From NCBI GenBank assembly GCA_963668025.2, contig CAXXTH010000010.1, forward strand, positions 992,001-1,056,000: DNA of 64,000 nt, written 5' to 3'. A model generated the notes under the pieces. It had not been told where the DNA came from, did no database searches, and saw only the letters and a list, made by a program, of their open reading frames with translations. A program made the translations under genes and the position numbers. Source of the stretch: Candidatus Hydrogenedentota bacterium (GTDB lineage: Bacteria > Hydrogenedentota > Hydrogenedentia > Hydrogenedentales > SLHB01). This document shows, piece by piece, positions 1 to 8,564 of the stretch. Position 1 is the stretch's first letter; every line of letters begins with the position of its first letter.

Positions 1-310
1 CTCGGTAGCCAACGGCTAAAATTGCCTCCAAACTGTAGTGGAACACCTTCCGGGAGACCTGGCGCGAACCCTCGTTTCGAACGATTAAGTATTCCTTAAT
101 AGTTGCCGCCTCATCCAACTCCCGGTCGGCGTAAATGTTTCTCAAATGGATATTTACATTTGGAACGGATGTCTGGTACAAGTCGGCCATCTGCTGTTGG
201 GAGAGCCAGACGGTCTCGCCTTCAAGGAGCACGCGGATCTGGTTGCCGCCTCCTTCGAGCTGATAGACGATAATCTCACCGCTGGGGCGAGTGGCGTCTG
301 ATTCGCTCAT
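1..310 (-). CDS. rhuM: RhuM-family (virulence RhuM / DNA-binding) protein, N-terminal part; runs off the window edge
   Basis: Manual translation from ATG at 310 (ATGA overlap with the hsdM stop): MSESDATRPSGEIIVYQLEGGGNQIRVLLEGETVWLSQQQMADLYQTSVPNVNIHLRNIY...HYSLEAILAVGYR. The ETVWLSQ..MA.LY and YSLEAILAVGYR motifs are typical of RhuM. Not in the ORF track because it is truncated. Confidence 0.85.
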   Translation of the reverse strand, partial: MSESDATRPSGEIIVYQLEGGGNQIRVLLEGETVWLSQQQMADLYQTSVPNVNIHLRNIYADRELDEAATIKEYLIVRNEGSRQVSRKVFHYSLEAILAVGYR

Positions 311-2319
311 TCCGTCATCTCCGCAAGCATGTCGGCGATCTCCCGCTCGATCTTTTTCAGGTCGGCTTCGATCTCCTCCAGCGGCCTCGGCGGGGTGTAT
401 TTGTAGAAATAGCGATTGAAGTTGATTTCGTAGCCGAGCTTGGTCTTTGACTCGTCCACCCAGGCGCCGGGCACATGCGGCAAGACCTCGCGCCGCATGT
501 ATTCGTCCACGTCTTCCTTGAGCGGGACATTCTCATTGTCGCGCAGCTCCGGATCGGGCTCCGGGTTGCCCTTGACGTCTGTGCAGATGTCGGCCGTTTC
601 ATCGCGTTCGGCCAGGGCCATGAGGAGCGCCTTGAACAGCGCGGCGGGCACATTAACGTCGGCCTTCCTGAACGCGGCCTTCATTCGCTTGGTGAACGCT
701 TCGCGGTTCTTAACGATGCCTTGTCCGGCGAGTGCGCCGAGAGCGGAGAGGATGGTCTCCTGCTGCTTGCGGCCCGCCTCAATCTCGGCCTGGGCAGCCT
801 TGGAGTCCTTGCGCTTCTTGCTCGTGGCGAGATTGGCGAAGGCCGAAGTCTCCTTCAGTCCTTCGCAACGTTCCTTGTTCACTGCGAAGTTGAGGCGGAG
901 CGGACGTTCGACCGTGATGCGTTGGTAACCGAAATCTTCGTTGTCGAACACCCTGATATAGTCACTTTTGCTGCCGCTTCCATAGAGCCGGGTGATGTCA
1001 TCGCGTTGCTGCTCGCAGATCTCATTACGCTTGTTGCCCAAGCTCTTGCGCATCTTCTTGAAGAAGCTAGTGCCGTCCACAAGCCGGATCTTACCCTTGC
1101 GGCCGGGTTCCTTGCGGTTGGTGACAATCCAGAGATAGGTGTAAATGCCGGTGTTGTAAAAGAGCTGGTCGGGCAGGGCCACGATGGCCTCCAGCCAGTC
1201 GTTCTCGATGATCCAGCGGCGAATCTCGCTTTCGCCCGAACCCGCCGAGCCGGTGAAAAGGGGAGAGCCATTGAAGACGATGGCTAAACGCGTACCCCCT
1301 TCTTTAGGGTCCTTCATCTTGCTGATCATGTGCTGCAGGAAGAGTAGGGAGCCGTCATTGATGCGCGGCAGCCCCGCGCCGAACCGGCCGGCGAAACCTT
1401 GTTCCTCGTTCTCTCGCTTGATGTAGTCCGCCTCGGGCTTCCACTCCACCCCAAAGGGCGGATTGGCCAGCATGTAGTCGAACCTATGGCGAGGGAAGCG
1501 GTCGTCGGTGAAGATGTCGCCAAAGGCGATATGGTCGATATTCTGGCCTTTGAGCATCATGTCCGAGCCACAGATGGCGTAGGCCTGGGCGTTGTAGTCC
1601 TGGCCGAAGACTTCGAGTTGAGCATCGGGATTGAGCTCTCGCACATAGTCCTCGGCAACGGACAGCATGCCGCCGGTTCCGCAGGCCGGGTCATAGAGCG
1701 TCTTGACGATGCCCTTGGTGGTGAGCACGTCGCTGTCCGGCATGAAGATGAGGTTGACCATGAGACGGATCACTTCCCGCGGGGTGAAGTGATCACCTGC
1801 CTCCTCGTTCGATGCCTCATTGAACCGCCGAATGAGTTCTTCGAAGATGTAGCCCATCTCGATGTTGGATACGACATTCGGGTGGAGGTTGATTTCGCAG
1901 AAGCGCCGAACGACCAGAAACAGACGATCCGCCTTGTCGAGTTTGCCAATGTGTTCCTCGAAGCCGAAATGTTCGATGATCTCACGGGCGCGGGCGGAGA
2001 AACCCTTGAGATAGTTGGTGAGGTTGGCGGCGATGTTGTTCGGGTCGCCCTTGAGTTTCTCGAAGGTGTAGCGGCTGGTGTTGTAGAACGGCACGCCCGT
2101 GACGCGGCAGAGGATGGGATCGACGTTCTTAACCTTGCCGCCCAAGAGTTTCTTCTGCTGTTCGAGCACCTTGTCTTTCGTAGGTTCCAGCACACAATCC
2201 AGCCGCCGAAGCACCGTCAGCGGCAGCATCACGTCTTTGTACTGATTTGGACGGTACGGTCCGCGCAAGAGATCGGCGACCGACCAGATGAAACTTACTT
2301 TCTCACCGAAATTGTTCAT
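307..2319 (-). CDS. hsdM: Type I restriction-modification system N6-adenine methyltransferase (HsdM)
   Basis: FIWSVADLLRG N-terminus, GDHFTPREV, SAM-binding YDPACGTGGML and catalytic NPPF motif. Confidence 0.95.
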   Translation of the reverse strand: MNNFGEKVSFIWSVADLLRGPYRPNQYKDVMLPLTVLRRLDCVLEPTKDKVLEQQKKLLGGKVKNVDPILCRVTGVPFYNTSRYTFEKLKGDPNNIAANLTNYLKGFSARAREIIEHFGFEEHIGKLDKADRLFLVVRRFCEINLHPNVVSNIEMGYIFEELIRRFNEASNEEAGDHFTPREVIRLMVNLIFMPDSDVLTTKGIVKTLYDPACGTGGMLSVAEDYVRELNPDAQLEVFGQDYNAQAYAICGSDMMLKGQNIDHIAFGDIFTDDRFPRHRFDYMLANPPFGVEWKPEADYIKRENEEQGFAGRFGAGLPRINDGSLLFLQHMISKMKDPKEGGTRLAIVFNGSPLFTGSAGSGESEIRRWIIENDWLEAIVALPDQLFYNTGIYTYLWIVTNRKEPGRKGKIRLVDGTSFFKKMRKSLGNKRNEICEQQRDDITRLYGSGSKSDYIRVFDNEDFGYQRITVERPLRLNFAVNKERCEGLKETSAFANLATSKKRKDSKAAQAEIEAGRKQQETILSALGALAGQGIVKNREAFTKRMKAAFRKADVNVPAALFKALLMALAERDETADICTDVKGNPEPDPELRDNENVPLKEDVDEYMRREVLPHVPGAWVDESKTKLGYEINFNRYFYKYTPPRPLEEIEADLKKIEREIADMLAEMTE

Positions 2320-2753
2320 GGCTAATCCTGGTTTTCATCCATGCCCGGGTTCGCCGAATCCATCTCGCCGACAGACCGGATGAGCATGTGTCGGTTGCTC
2401 GTCTTCCCCGCAGAAAGCTTCCAGTTGGGCTTTGGTGAGCTCCGTGAGCGCAGGTTTCCCGATTCGCGAATGCCCGGTGGCGCGCTCACATCCGTTTCAT
2501 TTGTTCTCACGCATAATCCCCCCACGTAAGCGCCTCGGATGCCACTGGGATCAACGGTGGGATCATCCACCCATCGAAGGTTACTATGGCACAGAACAGT
2601 AATGTAAAGTCAAGAGTGCCCTAATGTTATATCTTGGGCAGGCCCGAATCCATCAGCGGTGAAGAACCGCTTTTTTTTCGCGTAGAAGCAGTTGAATGAG
2701 TTGAGGATGCGCCGGTGCGGGGAGTTTTTTCTTCGCATCGGCGCTTTTTTTTG

Positions 2754-2789
2754 TTGACTTCTGGTACGGAAGTATATATACTTCCGTAC
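2754..2789 (+). promoter_or_regulatory. Sigma70-type promoter overlapped by a 26-bp perfect palindrome; probable leaderless transcript
   Basis: TTGACT (2754) -17 bp- TATACT (2777). Palindrome GTACGGAAGTATATATACTTCCGTAC at 2764-2789. ATG at 2790 sits at the expected start site and has no SD sequence. Confidence 0.7.
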
Positions 2790-3139
2790 ATGGAAGGGAA
2801 ACCTGTCACGAACTCGGCGGGACGCAAGGTCCAGGCGCGCCTGGCGCGTCTGGGGCCCTTTCTTCCCGCCACGCTCACCATCACCCGCAGCCGCTGCGGG
2901 AACCCGCGCTGCCGGTGCGTCCAGGAAGGGCCGATCCATGAAACGGCCCTGCTGACGTGGAAGGAGGGCGGGAAGACCCGCACCCTCCACGTGCCCCGTG
3001 AATTGCGCCGCGAAGTGGCGCAATGGATTGAGGAATGGAAAAAGCTCAAGAAGCTCGTCCGAGGCCATGGGGCGCGGCCCAACGGCAGTTCCTGCAAACC
3101 CGCAAGAAGAGCATCCGGAAATCATCCGGGCCTTCTTGA
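2790..3139 (+). CDS. DUF6788-like IS accessory protein (Cys/His-rich), apparently frameshifted near its 3' end
   Basis: MEGKPV...RCGNPRCRCVQEGPIH...LTWKEGGKTRTLHVP...EWKKLKKL motif. Removing one C (~3060) and one G (~3071) restores EAMGAAQRQFLQTRKKSIRKSSGPS* with TGA at 3137-3139. Confidence 0.65.
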
Positions 3140-4473
3140 GGACGTTCACCCACTTCTTTGGCCCGGTGCGCAAGCGCTTTGCGGGCTTGCCCGATCCCCG
3201 CAAACCCGAGCAAGCCGGCGACGTGGACTACAGTGTCGCGTCGCTGGTGTTCTTGGGAGTGCTGATGTTCGCATGCCGGCTCGGGGCGCGCCGGCAAGTC
3301 CGCCTGCAGTTGTACACGACGTTCATGGTCCATCTGTACAAGGTCTTGTTTGACGTGGACAGCGTGCCGCATGGCGATACGATGAACGGGGTATTTCGCG
3401 GTTTGCCGTTCGAGGCGGTCCAGGAACTCGTTTCCGGCATGACGCAGACGCTCATCGACAAGAAGGTGTTGTACCCCCACCGCCTGTTCGGGCGCTACTA
3501 CGTGGCGGCCATCGACGCCACGGGGACACGCAGTTATGATCATCGCCACTGCGCCCATTGCCTCACGCGCAAGCACAAGAGCGGCAAGATCACCTACTAC
3601 CATCCCGTGCTGGAGTCCAAGATCGTCACGCCAAACGGGTGGGTCTTTTCGCTCATGACGGAGTTCATTGAGAATCCAGAGAAAGACCTGGCGAAAAGCG
3701 AGCAACAACGCAAGCAGGATTGCGAGACCAAAGCCTTCTACCGGCTGGCCCCACGCCTGCATGCCCGATTCCCCCGCTTGCCGCTGCTGTTGGCGATGGA
3801 CGGCCTGTACGCCACGGGACCGGTGTTTCGGCTGTGCCAGCAATATGGCTGGAAGTTCATGATTACGCTCACGGACGGCCAATTGGCCACCGTGAACGAA
3901 GAATTCGAGAGCCTCGCGGCCGCGACGCCCGAAAACCAGCTTACGTGGCGTTGCGGCAACAAGAAGGAAATCCACCAGCAGTTTCGCTGGGTCAACGACA
4001 TCCCCTACCGCGATTCCGAGCGGCGTGAACACATCCTGTCCGTGCTCGAATGCGTGGACACCCGCCCGGACGCGGAAGGCATGATAAAGAAAACCAAGTT
4101 CAAATGGGTGACCAACGTATCCGTATCCGCGCACAATGCGGCCGCCTTGGCCAATGAAGGAGGACGCTTACGCTGGAAGATTGAAAATGAAGCATTCAAC
4201 GTGCAGAAAAACGGCGGCTACAACCTCGAACACGCCTATACCCAAAACGAACAGGCCAGTAAGATCTACTACCTCTTGATGCAGATAGCCCATCTGCTCA
4301 TGCAACTCCTGGAGGATGGCAGCCTTCTGGCCGCCCACTTTCCAAAAGGCTTTGGCTCCGCCAGAAACCTTGCCCATCGCCTCCTCGAAGCCCTGCGCAA
4401 CGCCACCCTGTCCCGCGAACAATATGACGCCCTCTGCACCGAGGCCATCCAGATCCGCTTCAGTTCCGCATAG
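2998..4473 (+). CDS. DDE transposase (IS4-superfamily / ISAs1-like fold); true start uncertain
   Basis: VAAIDATG, LLAMDGLY and GRLRWKIENEAFNVQKNGGYNLEH motifs (D, D, E triad). Lies inside the TIRs. Confidence 0.88.
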   Translation: MNCAAKWRNGLRNGKSSRSSSEAMGRGPTAVPANPQEEHPEIIRAFLRTFTHFFGPVRKRFAGLPDPRKPEQAGDVDYSVASLVFLGVLMFACRLGARRQVRLQLYTTFMVHLYKVLFDVDSVPHGDTMNGVFRGLPFEAVQELVSGMTQTLIDKKVLYPHRLFGRYYVAAIDATGTRSYDHRHCAHCLTRKHKSGKITYYHPVLESKIVTPNGWVFSLMTEFIENPEKDLAKSEQQRKQDCETKAFYRLAPRLHARFPRLPLLLAMDGLYATGPVFRLCQQYGWKFMITLTDGQLATVNEEFESLAAATPENQLTWRCGNKKEIHQQFRWVNDIPYRDSERREHILSVLECVDTRPDAEGMIKKTKFKWVTNVSVSAHNAAALANEGGRLRWKIENEAFNVQKNGGYNLEHAYTQNEQASKIYYLLMQIAHLLMQLLEDGSLLAAHFPKGFGSARNLAHRLLEALRNATLSREQYDALCTEAIQIRFSSA

Positions 4474-4739
4474 GGCGCCCGCGCGTTCCCGGTTGCGCCG
4501 CCGCCCTACACGTCTCGCCCATCCATTCACCGGCTTTACGCACAGCCGCTGCCCCTCCTGTCGCCTGTCGGCCTCGCCACCCCCCGTCTAACCCGCATCA
4601 CCTCAACGCCTGACCCTGGGGCGCCGCTATTCTTCACCGCTGCGAATCCATTCGTCTGTTTGCCATTATGGGAGAATTCATGTAAACTAACTCCCTTTAG
4701 GGACATAGAGAAAAATCCACTTTTAAGATGGGAGTACGC

Positions 4740-5618
4740 ATGACACGCAGCATGACTGGTTTTGGCAAGGCCGATGGGTCTTTCGGCGGGCAGTTCATCG
4801 TTGTTGAAGTCGCGGCGGTAAACCATCGTTATCTGGATATGAGCACCCGTATTCCTAACGGCTGGGCCGCGCTCGAGCCGGAGATCAAGCAGTTTCTGCG
4901 TAACGCGGTGTCGCGCGGCAAGTTGTGCGTGACGATCAGCAGGAAACGGGCGCCTGGTGAAGGCGCCAAAATCCGTTTCGACGCGGAAACGGCAAGGCAG
5001 TATGTCGATGCGTCGAAGGAATTAACCAGCCTGCTGGGCGGGTATGAGAATCTGTCCGTCAATGTGCTGGCCCAATTGGAAGGCGTGTTTATACAGGAAG
5101 AACCTGAAGAAGACCTGGAAGCCGTGAAGGAATGCCTTTTAGGCATTATAGGCGAAGCGCTGGCCAGGCTGGACACCATGCGCGCCAATGAAGGCGCGGC
5201 GCTCGCCGTGGATATCCGGGAGCGGGTGCAGCTTATCCGGAACAGTCTTAGCGCTATCGAGGCCCGGCTGCCGGATTTAAACGCCCAGCATGAAGCGCGC
5301 CTGCGCGCTCGGATCCAGGAATTGGCGGTGGATCTTTCGCTTACGGAAGAGCGCATCGCCATTGAGGTGGCCTTGCTGGCCGAAAAAGCGGATGTGACGG
5401 AAGAAGTGGTGCGCTTGAAAACCCATTTGGAGCATCTGGAAGAGCTGATGGGCTCAGCAGAACCCGTGGGCCGCCGGGTGGACTTTTTGCTTCAGGAGAT
5501 TCAACGCGAGATTAATACGCTGGGTGTAAAAACACGCGATTGCGATGTCTCTAAAGATGTCCTGACCATGAAGGCGGAGCTCGAAAAGGTTCGCGAGCAA
5601 GTGCAGAACATTGAATGA
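4740..5618 (+). CDS. yicC: YicC/YloC family endoribonuclease
   Basis: MTRSMTGFG, VNHRYLD, DVTEEVVRLKTH, GRRVDFLLQEIQREINTLGVK, ELEKVREQVQNIE; conserved position upstream of gmk. Confidence 0.95.
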   Translation: MTRSMTGFGKADGSFGGQFIVVEVAAVNHRYLDMSTRIPNGWAALEPEIKQFLRNAVSRGKLCVTISRKRAPGEGAKIRFDAETARQYVDASKELTSLLGGYENLSVNVLAQLEGVFIQEEPEEDLEAVKECLLGIIGEALARLDTMRANEGAALAVDIRERVQLIRNSLSAIEARLPDLNAQHEARLRARIQELAVDLSLTEERIAIEVALLAEKADVTEEVVRLKTHLEHLEELMGSAEPVGRRVDFLLQEIQREINTLGVKTRDCDVSKDVLTMKAELEKVREQVQNIE

Positions 5619-5631
5619 AGGCCCCTTCACG

Positions 5632-6192
5632 ATGAAGCGCGGCATGGTATACATTGTCTCGGGGCCATCAGGCTCAGGCAAAAACACGGTGCTCCAAGCG
5701 CTGGCTGCACGGGATTCTCGAGTGGCGCTGGCAATAACAGCGACGACTCGAGCGCCTCGATGTGGCGAAGCCGATGGGCGCGATTATTATTTTTTGTCTG
5801 AAGAGGAATTCCGCCGCCGCATTAGTGTGGACGGTTTTGTGGAGTGGGCCGAAGTGCATGGCCGCTTATATGGCACGCCGCGCGCTGAACTGATGCAGCT
5901 CTTGAACTCTGGCAAGGATGTCATTCTTCAAATTGATGTTCAGGGCATGCGAAACGTCCGCAAGTCGGGGCTTAATCCGGTCACGGTGTTTTTGGCTCCG
6001 CCATCAATGGAAGAACTCGAATCACGGCTTCGGCGGCGCGCCACGGAATCGGCGGAGCAACTAGCGGTTCGATTGGAAAATGCCCGGGCGGAAATGAATG
6101 CCCAGGGCGAATACGATTATGTGGTTGTTAATGCGAATATTGATGATGCGGCAAGCCAATTGCAGGCCATCCTTGACGCCAAGCGCGGTTAA
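5632..6192 (+). CDS. gmk: Guanylate kinase
   Basis: SGPSGSGK P-loop, TTRAPRCGEADGRDYYF, EWAEVHGRLYGT, IDVQG. Confidence 0.96.
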   Translation: MKRGMVYIVSGPSGSGKNTVLQALAARDSRVALAITATTRAPRCGEADGRDYYFLSEEEFRRRISVDGFVEWAEVHGRLYGTPRAELMQLLNSGKDVILQIDVQGMRNVRKSGLNPVTVFLAPPSMEELESRLRRRATESAEQLAVRLENARAEMNAQGEYDYVVVNANIDDAASQLQAILDAKRG

Positions 6193-6230
6193 GGCGAAAG
6201 CGGCCGCCTATCCAAAGGAGAACCAGAAAT

Positions 6231-6452
6231 ATGAGTGACATTTCCATCGAACAGTTTGACACCAAATGTGAAAGCTTGTACCAATTGGTGATTGCCGCCG
6301 CCCACCGCGCGGCGCAGATCTCCAAGCCGGACTCCCGCCCGCTGGTGCCCGTTCACTCCAGGAAACCTACGATCATTGCGCTGGAAGAGATTCTGCAAGG
6401 CAAGGTCAAGGTGAAGCGTGTGACTTCCGATGAAGACGAGTTCGTCGAATAG
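6231..6452 (+). CDS. rpoZ: RNA polymerase omega subunit
   Basis: SLYQLVIAAAHRAAQI...KPTIIALEEILQGKV; located between gmk and coaBC; SD AAGGAG. Confidence 0.9.
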   Translation: MSDISIEQFDTKCESLYQLVIAAAHRAAQISKPDSRPLVPVHSRKPTIIALEEILQGKVKVKRVTSDEDEFVE

Positions 6453-7641
6453 CGTGGAAGTAGTCCTCGGCGTTACGGGTTCCATCGCGGCATATAAAGC
6501 CTGCGAGCTTGCTTCGCTGTTGGTGAAACAGGGCCTGCGGGTGACGCCAGTGCTTACCCGCTCCGCCCAGGAGTTGGCAGGCGCGGCGTCTTTCGAGGCC
6601 ATCACTGGGCAGCGTGCGATTACGGGCCTATTCGAGCCCCTGCAAGCGCCGGAGATAGCGCATATTGCGGTAGCGCGCCGGGCCAGTTTATTCCTCATCG
6701 CACCTGCCACGGCCAATATCCTCGCCAAGGCCGCACACGGCATCGCGGATGATTGGCTGAGCACCACGCTGCTGGCTACGGAAGCGCCCATCCTTTTTGC
6801 GCCAGCCATGAACACGAATATGTATAACCACCCGGCGACGCAAGCGAATATCGCCACTTTGCAAGAACGGGGCTGCCATTTCGTAGGGCCGGACTCCGGC
6901 ATGCTGGCCTGCAAGACCGAAGGCATTGGCCGCCTCATTGCGCCGCAAACCATTCTTGAAGCCGCCTTGCCGCTTCTCGATGCGCGCCGCGACTTCGAAG
7001 GCAAGCGTGTGGTGATTACCAGCGGCGGCACGCGCGAACCTATCGATCCCGTGCGCTTCATTGGCAACCGCTCCTCCGGTAAAATGGGCCGTGCTTTGGC
7101 CATGGAAGCCTTGCTGCGTAAAGCGCAAGTCACGGTGATTTCCGGCCCAAGTGAGACGCCTTTGCCTTATGGCGTGCAGGCCCACCAGGTCGAAACCGCA
7201 TCCGAGATGGCCGAATGGGTCCAGCGCATCGCCACGGAAGCGGATGTTTTTATTTCCGCCGCCGCCGTCGCCGATTATCGCGCTGAGCAGGTTTCACCGG
7301 ATAAAATCAAGCGGGCGGGCGCTCCCCTTACCTTGCGCCTTGTAGAGAATCCCGATATTCTCGCCCAAATCGGCACGCATAAGCTTCCCGGCCAAATCAT
7401 CGTGGGCTACGCCGCCGAAACCAGCGAACTCATCGGGAATGCGAAGGCTAAACTATCCGCCAAGCAAGCGGATTTCATCCTCGCCAATCAAGTCAACGCC
7501 CCCGATTCCGGCTTCGGCACTGAAACCCTCCGCTCATGCATCCTGGATGCGCAGGGCGGCGTTCAAGAACTCGGCCTGCTCGATAAAGCTGATGTCGCCC
7601 GTGTGTTATTTGACCGAATAGCCGCGCAATGCCCTGCCTGA
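6430..7641 (+). CDS. coaBC: Bifunctional phosphopantothenoylcysteine decarboxylase/synthase
   Basis: GVTGSIAAYK, APATANILAK, PAMNTNM, TREPIDPVRFIGNRSSGKMG, AAAVADY, GYAAET. Confidence 0.96.
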   Translation: MKTSSSNSVEVVLGVTGSIAAYKACELASLLVKQGLRVTPVLTRSAQELAGAASFEAITGQRAITGLFEPLQAPEIAHIAVARRASLFLIAPATANILAKAAHGIADDWLSTTLLATEAPILFAPAMNTNMYNHPATQANIATLQERGCHFVGPDSGMLACKTEGIGRLIAPQTILEAALPLLDARRDFEGKRVVITSGGTREPIDPVRFIGNRSSGKMGRALAMEALLRKAQVTVISGPSETPLPYGVQAHQVETASEMAEWVQRIATEADVFISAAAVADYRAEQVSPDKIKRAGAPLTLRLVENPDILAQIGTHKLPGQIIVGYAAETSELIGNAKAKLSAKQADFILANQVNAPDSGFGTETLRSCILDAQGGVQELGLLDKADVARVLFDRIAAQCPA

Positions 7642-7792
7642 AACATTTCATGAATGGTGTATGCCAAGTAATCCGCTTTTATTTTTGAAGTTTCAAATAG
7701 CCAGCAGGCGGATTTGTTCAACCGCCATAAAAGGCGCAGGCAAACACAAAAAACGCCTGTTTTTCTCTCTTGCGCTTTCTGAGGCGATTCTC

Positions 7793-7824
7793 CTATGTTC
7801 CGCGGGGCTATGTTCCGCGGGGCT
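7793..7824. repeat. 15-bp tandem duplication CTATGTTCCGCGGGG x2
   Basis: ctatgttccgcgggg ctatgttccgcgggg ct, directly upstream of the putative 6S -35 box TTGACG. Confidence 0.85.
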
Positions 7825-7869
7825 TGACGCTATCCCCATTATTTGATAGGGTAAACATGCCTTATGGGT

Positions 7870-8054
7870 GTTCTCCCTGCCGTGTTCGAACAGGCAGGCA
7901 AAACGTTGAACCTTATGGTGAATCTGGGAGCTCAAGATTCGTGTAGCTTACGGCAAGCCGCCTTCGAGCGGAAGTCGAGCGGCTATCGTGAGGGCGCCCC
8001 CTTAGTGGATAGGTTCATCGCGTTTTCCTCTTGACGGCAATGTGCGGGGCGAAC
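7870..8054 (+). ncRNA. ssrS: 6S RNA (SsrS)
   Basis: ~185-nt rod. The 5' TCCCTGCCGTGTTCG pairs with the 3' ACGGCAATGTGCGGGG, and an inner AAAACG..TGAACCT pairs with AGGTTCA..CGTTTT around a central bubble. Preceded by TTGACG-17-TAGGGT (extended TG) and followed by a terminator. Confidence 0.82.
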
Positions 8055-8059
8055 TTATA

Positions 8060-8090
8060 AAAAGCGGGATATGAACTATCCCGCTTTTCT
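8060..8090 (+). terminator. Intrinsic terminator after 6S RNA
   Basis: AAAAGCGGGAT-atgaact-ATCCCGCTTTT hairpin with T tail. Confidence 0.8.
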
Positions 8091-8564
8091 TATATGTCGC
8101 GACGCGCGTGTTTGCCTTAGGGGAGCGAGTCTGCGCACATGGATTTCTCTTACAGAAGCGTTTGGCCTATCGGAATCCGCTATTTTCCCGAAGACTTCCC
8201 ATTTAACTACGTTCTATAAACAAAATAGTTTACAGTCCCGTATCATTTCGTATTTTACTAATTCTAGTAGTTTTTTTTGCAAAATCAATTCATCTGCGGG
8301 TATGATTAATATGAAGCAGCTGATGTAGTAATAAAATGCACAGATGCTTGTTGGGGACGGTGTGAATTCGGAGGATATCGGGCGGAATGTTCGGAGTAAA
8401 AATTTCCCTTTTTAGTTAAATGATCCATGAAAGTAAACTGTTTACTTATATAGATCAGGGTTGTGTAAATTATACGGCTTCCATGCAGCATAACGAAACA
8501 TGCCAAAGGATTTTCGGGGCAATAGGGGTTCTTTTCTTTGGCTCACTATGGAGGAGTTTGGCGG

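Larger units (their letters stand above)
2654..4642 (+). mobile_element. Complete insertion sequence (1989 bp; DDE transposase plus small accessory ORF)
   Basis: Perfect 13-bp terminal inverted repeats CAGCGGTGAAGAA (2654-2666) / TTCTTCACCGCTG (4630-4642), flanked by a 9-bp direct repeat CGAATCCAT (2645-2653, 4643-4651). Confidence 0.92.

Noticed and set aside
2322-2640. Small ORFs upstream of hsdM
   Set aside because: No SD or recognisable motif, and they overlap on both strands; treated as intergenic.
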